Shown: piece by piece, positions 9,393-18,881 of the stretch
Position numbering within the stretch: the first letter of the stretch is position 1
How the letters are laid out: every line of letters starts with the position of its first letter
IMG/VR virus record: IMGVR_UViG_3300021389_000035
Location: 1-51,714 of that record
DNA: 51,714 bases
Reading direction: 5' to 3' (one strand)
Source: a virus
Made by a program: the position numbers and the translations under genes
Notes under the pieces: generated by a model
What the model was told of the DNA's origin: nothing
Database searches by the model: none
The model's input: only the letters and a program-made list of their open reading frames with translations

Positions 9393-9828
9393 GGTGTCTA
9401 AATGGGACGTAGCGCATATGGATACTGCACGTAGGTATGCGCAACTGTCCTCTGCAAAACGTGCACAGGTGGGTGCGGTCATCGTAAAAGATGGTCGTAT
9501 CCTATCTATCGGATACAATGGTATGCCTAGTGGATGGGACAACAGCTGCGAACATGAAGTGAAGACTGGCAACACAGGTTACGGTAGGAAACTAGTCACT
9601 AAAGACGAAGTCATTCATGCAGAGTCTAATGCAATCACTAAGGTTGCACGTAGTTCAGAATCTACCGAAGGTTCTACACTATATACAACGATGCTGCCCT
9701 GTTTAGATTGTGCAAAACTGATATATCAATCAGGCATTCGTAAGGTATACTATTCAGACCAATACCCCAAGGGTACAGCAGGATTAGATTTTTTAAATAA
9801 ATGTGAAATCCCTGTGAGTAAGATATGA
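9349..9828 (+). CDS. dCMP/deoxycytidylate deaminase (true start probably downstream of 9349)
   Basis: HAESNAI and PCLDCAK zinc-binding motifs; VGAVIVKDGRILSIGYNGMPSG. Confidence 0.88.
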   Translation: MRECWVAKSVTHVCKVSKWDVAHMDTARRYAQLSSAKRAQVGAVIVKDGRILSIGYNGMPSGWDNSCEHEVKTGNTGYGRKLVTKDEVIHAESNAITKVARSSESTEGSTLYTTMLPCLDCAKLIYQSGIRKVYYSDQYPKGTAGLDFLNKCEIPVSKI

Positions 9829-10478
9829 CAGATGCAAACGAAAATTATAATATGACTCCGGCAGATAATGTGTTGTATTTTCCTAATAACATCGATGTTA
9901 GGATATGTCCTAAGAATGGTATGTCTACCTTAAAAGAAGCATTACGTAGAGGGACAGGAGAATCACATTCTAGAGGATGGAAAGAAAGACATTATGCGGT
10001 ATCAACAAAAGGTGATCAATTCGATCTTCCATTCAGGAAAGGTTCCTATCGTATTGCCGTAAGACGTGATCCAATTGATAGATTCAAATCTGCGTGTGAA
10101 TTCATTCAGTCCGCACGTGCTTTCTATATTAAGCATGGAAGAGATTTACCCGACATATCACTGAAGATCGATGAGGTTATTGATGGTATGGAGAGTGGTG
10201 ATGTGAAAAATAGTCACTTCTATACACAGTCTTGGTATATGGGTCATCCCGATGATTATGATATGGTTTATCACATTGACGAGATGCCGAAACTTCTTGA
10301 CTTTCTCCAAGAAGCCTGTAATATAGAACGTGATATAAGTGTTTTACACGAAAACCGAACAACAATGAAATTATATAATGATGCGATATCACCTGATCAT
10401 ATGGTGAAACTTCGCAACTTTTACTTGAAGGATTACAAAAATGGCTGGTGCAAACAAGAAGACCGTCTCACCGTTTGA
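9825..10478 (+). CDS. sulfotransferase-family-like protein
   Basis: CPKNGMSTLK (5'-PSB-like) and RRDPIDRFKSACEF (3'-PB-like) motifs. Confidence 0.6.
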   Translation: MTDANENYNMTPADNVLYFPNNIDVRICPKNGMSTLKEALRRGTGESHSRGWKERHYAVSTKGDQFDLPFRKGSYRIAVRRDPIDRFKSACEFIQSARAFYIKHGRDLPDISLKIDEVIDGMESGDVKNSHFYTQSWYMGHPDDYDMVYHIDEMPKLLDFLQEACNIERDISVLHENRTTMKLYNDAISPDHMVKLRNFYLKDYKNGWCKQEDRLTV

Positions 10479-10836
10479 TTTTTTACAAAGTATTAACCAC
10501 TCGAAGATAGATATATATGAAGGTAATGAGAAGGGTTATGTCCCGTTCGTTATTAATCGCAGTCTGTCGTACTTCCCCGACACTGTTGCATTAGCGAATG
10601 AGATGAATCGGTATCACCATATTGATAGTAAGTTACAATATCAGTTTCTTATAAATATAGTTAGAAAAAGAAAACGTTTTTCTAAATGGGTAAAACCTGA
10701 GATAGAAAATGATATTGAAATGGTGAAAGAGTATTATGGATATAGTAATGACAAAGCAAGACAAGTCCTACCACTACTCTCCGCCACACAACTAACTATT
10801 ATAAAAGATAAGGTGAATAAAGGTGGAAGAAAATAA
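10441..10836 (+). CDS. 62: clamp loader small subunit gp62
   Basis: SPFDFLQSINHSK... VINRSLSYFPDTVALANEMNRYHH; located before regA. Confidence 0.88.
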   Translation: MAGANKKTVSPFDFLQSINHSKIDIYEGNEKGYVPFVINRSLSYFPDTVALANEMNRYHHIDSKLQYQFLINIVRKRKRFSKWVKPEIENDIEMVKEYYGYSNDKARQVLPLLSATQLTIIKDKVNKGGRK

Positions 10837-11233
10837 TATTGTAGAATGGAACTCTGGGTTGATGTTGGAAATCATTCTGGCAGAACCAGATGACTTTTTG
10901 AAAGTCAAGGAAACTCTCACACGTATTGGTATCGCCTCCAGACGTGATAATAAACTTTTCCAGTCCTGTCATATCCTTCATAAACAGGGTAGATATTTTA
11001 TTGTGCACTTCAAAGAACTCTTTATGTTGGACGGTAAGAAGTCTAACCTAGAAGCTGGAGATGTACAACGAAGAAATACAATCGCGACTTTACTACAAGA
11101 CTGGGGTCTGGTAGAGATCCACAATAAAGAAGTCGCAAAAGACTGTGCGCCTATGCGTACAATTAAAATCATCGGGTTCAAAGATAAAGAACAATGGGAG
11201 CTTTGTCCGAAGTATAATATTGGAAATAAGTGA
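10823..11233 (+). CDS. regA: RegA translational repressor
   Basis: FLKVKETLTRIGIASRRDNKLFQSCHILHKQGRYFIVHFKELFMLDGK; adjacent to gp62. Confidence 0.92.
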   Translation: MEENNIVEWNSGLMLEIILAEPDDFLKVKETLTRIGIASRRDNKLFQSCHILHKQGRYFIVHFKELFMLDGKKSNLEAGDVQRRNTIATLLQDWGLVEIHNKEVAKDCAPMRTIKIIGFKDKEQWELCPKYNIGNK

Positions 11234-11763
11234 TGTTTGATATATTTACAGATAAAGAGGAATTCATTGCGGATAAGATCCCGTTCTTCGGGAAACTTCC
11301 TCTTGAAATAAGTGATGTATATGATTGGAACAGACATATGCACCTACTCAATACTCATCCGGATAAACAAATAGATTCTAATACGAATAAGTTTCGTATC
11401 GGATTAAACTCTTTCCATAGTAGACCGTCTGCACCCGACTTCGCACGTGAAATCGAACAAGAGATGCAGGACGTTTTTTCTTTACATGGAAACAAGATCA
11501 CCAATATAGCATTCACCGGTATTGGTAAAAACTCTGACTCTTATCCTTGGCACTTCGACCAGATGGATGTGTTCTTAGTACAAGTCCTTGCGTCTGTAGA
11601 GATGAGAGTAGAGGGTCATAACAACAACGAACCATTTTGGTTCAATCCAGGCGACTACGTGTGGTTGCCTCGGGGTACCCACCATCAAGTGATTCCCCAC
11701 GATAGTCGAGTAAGTTTTTCCTTCGGTGTTGAAGGAGACCCTGACCCATCCATTTATTTCTAA
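11230..11763 (+). CDS. cupin/JmjC-like putative dioxygenase
   Basis: WHFDQMDVFLVQVLAS ... FNPGDYVWLPRGTHHQVIP: cupin metal-ligand arrangement. Confidence 0.55.
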   Translation: MMFDIFTDKEEFIADKIPFFGKLPLEISDVYDWNRHMHLLNTHPDKQIDSNTNKFRIGLNSFHSRPSAPDFAREIEQEMQDVFSLHGNKITNIAFTGIGKNSDSYPWHFDQMDVFLVQVLASVEMRVEGHNNNEPFWFNPGDYVWLPRGTHHQVIPHDSRVSFSFGVEGDPDPSIYF

Positions 11764-11870
11764 ATGCGGTATGATATTTTTGCATAGCCTCTATCAAGAG
11801 TATGCGTTTATATACATATATACGTAATGAAATAATTCATTATATAATTAAACAGAGGTTAGTAAAAGTT

Positions 11871-11978
11871 ATGGAAAGGTCACGATCTGATAAAATATCA
11901 GAGAGATTAGGAATGACTATAGTTAGTTTAGCAAGTGCAATTACGTTCTATATAACATTTAGTGCACTGATGGTATAA
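11871..11978 (+). CDS. tiny putative membrane protein (35 aa)
   Basis: MERSRSDKISERLGMTIVSLASAITFYITFSALMV; one hydrophobic segment; fills an otherwise empty gap. Confidence 0.3.
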   Translation: MERSRSDKISERLGMTIVSLASAITFYITFSALMV

Positions 11979-12033
11979 AAAGAAAAACGGGTGAGGTCAT
12001 GAGACTTTGCCCCAACCTTTAAGGAAATTTGTC

Positions 12034-12846
12034 ATGAACCTGATTTATCAATATTGGGACGGTGAAGTAAAAGAATCATGTCGTGCCGGTGTTATGGCCA
12101 TGCAAGAATACGCGGAACGTATTGGTGCAGAGTACATCTTCGAAGAGAATCCTCAGTTTCTCAAAAATCATTTTGGTTACAACTTTGGTAACTACTCTCC
12201 GCACTACGGTGCATTCAAACCCATCTTCAATGAAGCATTCGATAGATACGATAAAATACTATTTGCAGATACTGATGTATTTCCGGTAGAAGGTCTAGAG
12301 GCAAACATCTTTGACGAATTTACTGGTGGGATTGGTATCTGTACAGAACCAGAACAACCACGTATTCGTACTATTACCGGTGGTCGCATCACTCACGAAC
12401 AAGACGAACGTTTCGCTGCGTTATGTAAGAATATGTTCGGAACGGACTTACCTAGAAACGAATATGGTATTGATGTTTTCAACACAGGAATGGTCTTGTA
12501 TTCAAAAGAAGCACGTGTTAAGGCACGGAAGACTTGGTTAGATCCTAAAAGATATGTTGAGTTAGTTCGTCAAATGGGACTAGACTCGTTCTATACTTGT
12601 GATCAACCATACCTACATGCAATGATGTTTGTACACGACTTTGAAGTACAACGTATGGATAATGGGTGGAACTCTTATATTCATTACAGTAGATATAAGG
12701 GTATAGAGGGAAGAGAACTCCATGACTGGAGAGATGATAACACCAAGTTTGTCCATGTCCAGTTTGCAGGAGCGGACAATCTGGATACTGAAACACATCG
12801 GAGAGTTGTAAACCTTCCCCAAGAACAATGGAACCTACCTAAGTGA
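12034..12846 (+). CDS. glycosyltransferase-like (GT-A fold type) protein
   Basis: MNLIYQYWDGEV... YDKILFADTDVFPVEG (DxD), DVFNTGMVLYSKEA. Track ORF starts 12007. Confidence 0.6.
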   Translation: MNLIYQYWDGEVKESCRAGVMAMQEYAERIGAEYIFEENPQFLKNHFGYNFGNYSPHYGAFKPIFNEAFDRYDKILFADTDVFPVEGLEANIFDEFTGGIGICTEPEQPRIRTITGGRITHEQDERFAALCKNMFGTDLPRNEYGIDVFNTGMVLYSKEARVKARKTWLDPKRYVELVRQMGLDSFYTCDQPYLHAMMFVHDFEVQRMDNGWNSYIHYSRYKGIEGRELHDWRDDNTKFVHVQFAGADNLDTETHRRVVNLPQEQWNLPK

Positions 12847-13646
12847 TCGCATACCAGATAGTAATAAAAGACGATCCTGTATCCGAAGAATACGCACGTA
12901 TATCACGTGAGTCTTTTCAACCTGCCATTGATGCGGGTATAATAGAAGAGATTCGAACCTTTCATGCGATCACTCCAGACTCTGTAGATTTTGAAGAACA
13001 TTTGTCAAGATATAATTGGCAAACTTCTATAATGCAGGCTGATCTACATGGTAGTGCCCCTGATGACCATTCTCCTACCGAGAAGGCAGGAATGTGTTCT
13101 CATTGGGAACTTATGCGCATGGCGTCCGAGTCTGATGAGAGATTCTTAGTATTGGAACATGATACCTTTTTGATAGAAGAACACTTGGATGTGTTGACAT
13201 CTATAATTAAGTTTATTGAAGAAATGGATGTCTTGTATGGAAACATTGGTTTGTTTATGGGGTGTTATACCTTGGAGAAGGAAACCGCTGCATGGCAATA
13301 CGATATGTTGACCCAAGGTAACTTCCCTATCAACTGTGGCCCATATTGCACACTACAGAGATTATATTCGACATACACTACACGTGTATTAAAATATGAA
13401 AATTATAGAGGTCGTGAGACAACTCTTGTGCATCCTTGGCACGGGTGTGACACTCTACATTTTGGTCGAAACATCCAAAAACCCTTCAACAAAAGGGATC
13501 CCAATATTGCATTCAATCCATGGAGAACACCTACTACTCAGGTCATATCTAAGAAACTTTGTGTTACCCAAGATCATCACGGGTACAGTCAAAAATTCAT
13601 AGATGCACCTTGGACTCGTCATCACTATTTTCATATAATAGATTGA
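12843..13646 (+). CDS. putative glycosyltransferase-like protein
   Basis: IVIKDDPVSEEYARISRESF, FLVLEHDTFLIEE acidic motif, GRNIQKPFN; GT25/GT-A-like layout. Confidence 0.4.
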   Translation: MIAYQIVIKDDPVSEEYARISRESFQPAIDAGIIEEIRTFHAITPDSVDFEEHLSRYNWQTSIMQADLHGSAPDDHSPTEKAGMCSHWELMRMASESDERFLVLEHDTFLIEEHLDVLTSIIKFIEEMDVLYGNIGLFMGCYTLEKETAAWQYDMLTQGNFPINCGPYCTLQRLYSTYTTRVLKYENYRGRETTLVHPWHGCDTLHFGRNIQKPFNKRDPNIAFNPWRTPTTQVISKKLCVTQDHHGYSQKFIDAPWTRHHYFHIID

Positions 13647-13671
13647 CAAACTCCTCGTAATAATATATAAT
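13643..13671 (+). promoter_or_regulatory. sigma70-type promoter, TTGACA-17-TATAAT
   Basis: -35 13643-13648, -10 13666-13671, spacer 17. Confidence 0.85.
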
Positions 13672-13694
13672 GGTTACATTGAGATGAGGAATTT

Positions 13695-14831
13695 ATGTTA
13701 CTAACTAAAGAAGATGCGTTCTACGCAGCAAATGTATTTACGGAGTTCTTTTCGAACTTTGACCGTATTGACGACTATATGCGTCAAATCAAGATGGAAC
13801 GTATGAAGACGTTCCCCACGGGTCTACTTGGTATGGGCCCCGAAGATGACCTGTTCGATGATTTCGACATGCACCCTAATGATATGGAGTTTGTCATCGG
13901 TGATTGTCCTCAGAACCAGTTCATGCAGTACATGGAGATCGTTACTTCTGCGCCCGTAGAATCTAGTATTCCGGGCAAACAAATGTTGAAGATTGTCAAA
14001 GAGAAGAACTCAGGTAAGATCTTTGGTATGATTCGATTCGGTTCTCCTACTATCAACTCACGTCCTCGTAATGAGTGGTTGGGTAATCCTCTGGACTCGT
14101 ACAATCCCGCAGTGATGAAAAGATTCAACGAATCTGTGATTATGGGGTTTAACATCATTCCGGTGCAACCCGCAGCTTTCAATACCTTGGGTGGAAAACT
14201 GCTCGCAGGTATTTGTTGTTCCCACCAAATGAGAAAAGAAATTAATAAACGATATGGTTCTAACATTGCGATGTTCGAGACCACATCCTTATATGGGAGT
14301 TCAACATCTGCAAGTATGTATGACGGTATGCGCCCATTCCTACGTTTTAACGGTTTGACAGACTCAAACTTCGCCCCACTGATCAACGATGATAACTTCC
14401 GTAGACTGAACGACTGGTTCAAAGAACGGAACGGTGGTGATTACTTGGTACCTGCTGACGCATCTTCTCGTAAGTTGAAGACGCAGACCAAGATGGTATC
14501 CATTATCAAAACCTCTCTCAAACAATATGATGTGGATGCCTATGCGAAGTTCTGTCAGATCTTTAAAGATGCGAAGGGTTTGACCGAGAAGAAACGTTCC
14601 TTCTTCTCTACCTATGGTTATGAGGCACAGTCCGTCAAGGACTATCTGAACCTCAAGACCGATGAACTCAAACCCGCAGAGAACTTTGACCGATTCGAGA
14701 TGGAGAACATCGTATCTTGGTGGCGCAAGAAGGCATCCAAGAGATTCGAACAGGTCAAGGCAGATGGTCGTCTACGTACCAAACTAGAAACGTGGAATAC
14801 AAATGCGGATGAAATTGACATTATTCGTTAA
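13695..14831 (+). CDS. DUF4338/DruA-like protein (378 aa)
   Basis: GKIFGMIRFGSPTINSRPRNEWLG... NIIPVQPAAFNTLGGKLLAGICCSHQMRKEINKRYGSNIAMFETTSLYGSSTSASMYDGMRPFLRFNGLTDS follows the DUF4338-type layout. Confidence 0.5.
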   Translation: MLLTKEDAFYAANVFTEFFSNFDRIDDYMRQIKMERMKTFPTGLLGMGPEDDLFDDFDMHPNDMEFVIGDCPQNQFMQYMEIVTSAPVESSIPGKQMLKIVKEKNSGKIFGMIRFGSPTINSRPRNEWLGNPLDSYNPAVMKRFNESVIMGFNIIPVQPAAFNTLGGKLLAGICCSHQMRKEINKRYGSNIAMFETTSLYGSSTSASMYDGMRPFLRFNGLTDSNFAPLINDDNFRRLNDWFKERNGGDYLVPADASSRKLKTQTKMVSIIKTSLKQYDVDAYAKFCQIFKDAKGLTEKKRSFFSTYGYEAQSVKDYLNLKTDELKPAENFDRFEMENIVSWWRKKASKRFEQVKADGRLRTKLETWNTNADEIDIIR

Positions 14832-14838
14832 AAAAGTG

Positions 14839-14867
14839 TTGCCAAAGGCACTCTCTTTTGGTATTAT
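14839..14867 (+). promoter_or_regulatory. putative sigma70-type promoter, TTGCCA-17-TATTAT
   Basis: -35 14839-14844, -10 14862-14867; upstream of the DUF262/HNH gene. Confidence 0.6.
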
Positions 14868-14948
14868 ATATGTGTAGGTTGATAGAACGACTCATGGTGA
14901 CTCCTTCACTTCCTACACACCCTAACTAATTATATAAAGGTATATATT

Positions 14949-16292
14949 ATGAAAATCTCAAAGACATACAAGTCAGTTGAATCAAAAACAACCAACACAA
15001 CTTTTGGAGCATATGCTTCAATGATCCCATCTGTACACGCTGACTTGAATTGTCAGTCTGTAACTCGTTGGGAATTAGATAATAAACAACAGTTTATCAT
15101 TTCTCTAATATTGAACACTGCACCGTCCAAGTTCATCCTTGCGCATGTACAGTCTTGTTTGACATCCGCTGAACTGAATAACGATTCGGATTCCTTCAAG
15201 TACTTTTCCAGTTTCACTAATCTGTATCACTATTTGAACCTAGACTCTAATAATCGTACAACCTGTATATTTTCTTACACCAAGGACGAGTTCTCTATTC
15301 CAGAAGGTAACTATGTAGTTGCTGAGGAAGTATACACAATCACTTCTTCTAATAATAAGTATTCGACTCTTCCAGTTGGTTTGAGAAATGTTTTGGATTC
15401 TCGTAAGATAACTTTGGAAATTTATCAGAACGCTACCCAAGAAGATATCACACGTCTCTTTTTAGTTGTGAACAGCGGTGTTTCACTAAACTCCGCAGAG
15501 TTGAGAAATCCAATTCTTTCTAACGTAGCTGACCGAATTAGGGAAGTAGCTACTAACGAGACTGAAAATTTCTTTAAGTCAAGGGTATTTACTTCAAAAG
15601 AAATGAATCGCCGCAAACTTGATGATTATGTCGCTGGGTTGTGCATGATTTACCTTGAGGGTTTGGAAGCTAAAATTACCAATAAGAATCTGGAAGGAAT
15701 GTATTATGACGAAAACGCTAATAAACTCGTCAATAAGTTTACCAAAGAGTTTTCTCGATTCTTAAAAATTGTTGGGAAAAAGTTGTCAGTATTCAAACGT
15801 GAAAATGGATTACTTGATCTGTTTGTCATTTACCTTGATCAGATAAGATCGGGTAAGAAGATCGTTGATTCTGAAAATTTTGTAAAAGATTACATCAATA
15901 CACAAATTGATTTGATTAAGGACAAAACTGAATATTCATACAACAAAAACGGTCGTTCAGCAAACTTTTCAGAATTGTTACGTTCACGTGAGATTAGATT
16001 TAATCAACTTCGTAACTCATTGATCACTAAGAATTTTGACGCTTCTAAGTACTTCATTGGACTAGACAGTCGTAGAGTTGGCAACCGTGAAGAGAAGTTG
16101 ATTACTGCTAAGGAACAGGGTTGGATTACTCCAGAAGGCGTTGAGATTCCTATGGAAGATATCTTGACGACTGAATTTGAAATCGGTCACATCATTCCAC
16201 ACGCTGATGGTGGAAAGACCGAACTGTCGAACTTTGCGATTCAGACCAAAGAAGATAATAGAAAACTTGGTAGGAAACCAATTGCAGTTTAA
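14949..16292 (+). CDS. DUF262-like N-terminal domain plus C-terminal HNH endonuclease
   Basis: SVTRWELDNKQQFIISLILN, LFLVVNSGVSLNSAELRN (DUF262-type); C-terminal EFEIGHIIPHADGGKTELSNFAIQTKEDNRKLG (HNH). Confidence 0.78.
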   Translation: MKISKTYKSVESKTTNTTFGAYASMIPSVHADLNCQSVTRWELDNKQQFIISLILNTAPSKFILAHVQSCLTSAELNNDSDSFKYFSSFTNLYHYLNLDSNNRTTCIFSYTKDEFSIPEGNYVVAEEVYTITSSNNKYSTLPVGLRNVLDSRKITLEIYQNATQEDITRLFLVVNSGVSLNSAELRNPILSNVADRIREVATNETENFFKSRVFTSKEMNRRKLDDYVAGLCMIYLEGLEAKITNKNLEGMYYDENANKLVNKFTKEFSRFLKIVGKKLSVFKRENGLLDLFVIYLDQIRSGKKIVDSENFVKDYINTQIDLIKDKTEYSYNKNGRSANFSELLRSREIRFNQLRNSLITKNFDASKYFIGLDSRRVGNREEKLITAKEQGWITPEGVEIPMEDILTTEFEIGHIIPHADGGKTELSNFAIQTKEDNRKLGRKPIAV

Positions 16293-16299
16293 TTACAGA

Positions 16300-16324
16300 G
16301 GGGTTGACAACAACCCCTTTTTTT
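16300..16324 (+). terminator. rho-independent terminator overlapping a promoter
   Basis: GGGGTTG-ACAA-CAACCCC followed by TTTTTTT. Confidence 0.85.
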
Positions 16325-16332
16325 GTTATACT
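16304..16332 (+). promoter_or_regulatory. sigma70-type promoter, TTGACA-17-TATACT, embedded in the terminator
   Basis: -35 16304-16309 lies in the hairpin; -10 TATACT 16327-16332; upstream of DNA polymerase. Confidence 0.75.
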
Positions 16333-16360
16333 ATATACATTATTCTAAAGAAGTGAGTCT

Positions 16361-18850
16361 ATGTCCAATTTTTATACATCGGTTGTCCGTTTTGGCAACA
16401 AACTTCTGTACCGTGGTTTCGAGAACGGCAAAGAAGTAAAACGCAGAATTCCTTTCAAACCTACTCTGTTTATGTCCGGTACCGCAGAACAATCTGATGG
16501 TTGGACTACACTTGACGGACTACCCGTACAACCAATAACCTTTGACTCTATGTCCGAGGCGAAGGACTTTGACAAACGTTACGAACATGTCTCCAACTTT
16601 ACTATTGCAGGCAATACTAATTATGTTGCCCAATTCCTTGGAGAAGTCTTTCCCGATAATATTGACTATGACCGTAGTCTCATCAAGACTGCGAACCTTG
16701 ATATCGAGGTTTTCTCTCAGGATGGTTTCCCCACTCCTGGCGCGGCCGCATATCCTGTTACCGCAATCACTATGCGTCAAGACTGTGGTACGTACTGGGT
16801 CTGGGGTTGTCAGGACTATACCGTATCTCGTGATGACGTACTCTACATCAAGTGTGACAACGAAATAGATCTACTCCAAAAGTTTGTACGTCAGTTCGAA
16901 CAATACGCCCCCAATATTATTACTGGTTGGAACACACGGTTCTTCGATATTCCGTATCTGGTTAACCGTATGACTAAACTTCTCGGTGACGATACCATGG
17001 CGAAACGTATGTCTCCTTGGGGTCTTATCCGTGAACGTAATACTACCATCAACGGCAAACCCAACCAAGAGTTTGTCCTTGAGGGTATCGAACAACTTGA
17101 CTACCTCGAAGTCTTCAAGAAGTTCACCTACAATACTCTGGGTCAACAAGAATCCTATCGACTAGACCATATCGCCCACGTAGTACTGGGTGAACGCAAA
17201 CTATCCTATGAGGAACACGGTTCTCTGTTTGCCCTGTATGAGAATGACTTCCAAAAGTTCATTGACTATAACATCAAAGACGTTGAGTTGGTACATCTCC
17301 TCGATGTCAAACTTGATTTGATTTCATTAATCCTGACCATGGCCTACAAGGCGGGTGTGAACTATAACGATACTCTGGGTACGACTGCTATCTGGGACAC
17401 TATCATCTTCCGACTTCTTAATAAGAACAAGGTTGCGGTTCCTAAGAAGGTCGAGAAACCCAAGACCGCATATCCTGGCGGTTACGTGAAAGACCCACAG
17501 GTTGGTTCGCACGACTGGGTAACCTCATTCGATTTGGCATCTCTGTATCCTAACATCATTGTACAATACAATATGTCTCCGGAGACGGTGATGGACGGAT
17601 TCGTTAACAATGTCTCGGTCGATAAGTTTCTGGACGGTTCGATTGACCTGACTGACCAGAATCTAGATTATGCTCTTGCACCTACTGGTGTTAGATTCGC
17701 CCAAGATAAAGAAGGTGTGGTTCCCAAAATCATTAAAATGTATTACTCGGAACGTAGAGTAATCAAGAAGAAGATGTTGGAATGTCAACAGGAGATGCAG
17801 ACTAACCCATCTAAAACTCTAGAGTATACCATAACTTCTCTGAATAATCAACAGATGGCAATTAAGATTCTTATGAATTCACTTTATGGTGCCCTTGGGA
17901 ATCGTTGGTTCAGATATTTCGACCAAAGAGTTGCAGAGTCCATTACTCTTGCTGGTCAACTTGCAATCAAATGGGCGGAGAGAGCAGTAAACAATGAAAT
18001 GCAAAAACTTCTTAAAACGGATGAAGACTACGTTGTGGCAATTGACACCGATTCTGTTTATCTTCGTATGGGGGATCTCGTTGATAAGTTTTCTCCTAGT
18101 AATCCGGTAAAGTTTCTCGACAAGATCTGTTCGGAACACTTCGAGAAACTCCTTGTGAAGTCTTATGCGGATATGGCACTAGCGACCAATGCCTATGAGA
18201 ATCGCATGGAGATGGAACGGGAGGTAATCGCTGACCGTGGTATCTGGATGGCCAAGAAACGTTACATCCTGAACGTCCACAATAACGAAGGTGTCCAGTA
18301 CGCAGAACCCAAACTCAAGATGATGGGTATCGAGGCGATCAAGTCCAGTACTCCGCAGGTTGTCCGTGACAAGTTCAAGGAGATATTTCGGGTCATCGTA
18401 GAAGGTACCGAAGTAGACACACAACGATACATTTCGGACTTTAAGTCCCATTTTAAGACCTTACCGCCCGAAGCGGTTTCGTTCCCTCGGGGTGTATCGG
18501 ATGTGACCAAATGGTCTGACCGTAAGACTGTGTACAAGAAAGGCACTCCTATCCATGTTCGTGGTGCGTTGATGTTCAACAAAGCACTCAAGGAAAGTTC
18601 TCTGACCAAACGGTACGAGACTATCAAGAATGGTGAGAAGATTAAGTTTTGTTACCTGAAGATGCCTAATCCAATCGGTGAGAATGTAATCTCTTATCCA
18701 CTGAACCTTCCCCGTGAACTTGGACTGGATAAATATATCAATTATGATATGATGTTCAACAAAACATTCCTTGACCCACTCACTCCCATTCTGGATGCGG
18801 TTGGTTGGGATTCTGAACCTCAGGCGTCACTAGAGGATTTCTTTGGTTGA
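16361..18850 (+). CDS. 43: DNA polymerase gp43 (family B)
   Basis: DIEVFS exonuclease [21 protein letters not shown] (motif A), [13 protein letters not shown] (motif B), IDTDSVY (motif C). Confidence 0.98.
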   Translation: MSNFYTSVVRFGNKLLYRGFENGKEVKRRIPFKPTLFMSGTAEQSDGWTTLDGLPVQPITFDSMSEAKDFDKRYEHVSNFTIAGNTNYVAQFLGEVFPDNIDYDRSLIKTANLDIEVFSQDGFPTPGAAAYPVTAITMRQDCGTYWVWGCQDYTVSRDDVLYIKCDNEIDLLQKFVRQFEQYAPNIITGWNTRFFDIPYLVNRMTKLLGDDTMAKRMSPWGLIRERNTTINGKPNQEFVLEGIEQLDYLEVFKKFTYNTLGQQESYRLDHIAHVVLGERKLSYEEHGSLFALYENDFQKFIDYNIKDVELVHLLDVKLDLISLILTMAYKAGVNYNDTLGTTAIWDTIIFRLLNKNKVAVPKKVEKPKTAYPGGYVKDPQVGSHDWVTSFDLASLYPNIIVQYNMSPETVMDGFVNNVSVDKFLDGSIDLTDQNLDYALAPTGVRFAQDKEGVVPKIIKMYYSERRVIKKKMLECQQEMQTNPSKTLEYTITSLNNQQMAIKILMNSLYGALGNRWFRYFDQRVAESITLAGQLAIKWAERAVNNEMQKLLKTDEDYVVAIDTDSVYLRMGDLVDKFSPSNPVKFLDKICSEHFEKLLVKSYADMALATNAYENRMEMEREVIADRGIWMAKKRYILNVHNNEGVQYAEPKLKMMGIEAIKSSTPQVVRDKFKEIFRVIVEGTEVDTQRYISDFKSHFKTLPPEAVSFPRGVSDVTKWSDRKTVYKKGTPIHVRGALMFNKALKESSLTKRYETIKNGEKIKFCYLKMPNPIGENVISYPLNLPRELGLDKYINYDMMFNKTFLDPLTPILDAVGWDSEPQASLEDFFG

Positions 18851-18875
18851 CAGGTGGTCGATTATTTGATATAAT
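18847..18875 (+). promoter_or_regulatory. sigma70-type promoter, TTGACA-17-TATAAT
   Basis: -35 18847-18852, -10 18870-18875; overlaps the end of gp43. Confidence 0.85.
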
Positions 18876-18881
18876 GTATCT

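Noticed and set aside
10650-10657. TATAAATA late promoter inside gp62
   Set aside because: Exact octamer but inside coding sequence (FLINIVRK) with no late gene nearby downstream; likely chance in AT-rich DNA.
14949-16292. Group I intron/homing endonuclease insertion
   Set aside because: The gene has a DUF262-like domain and its own promoter/terminator, and the neighbouring genes are intact; no split exons or intron core found.
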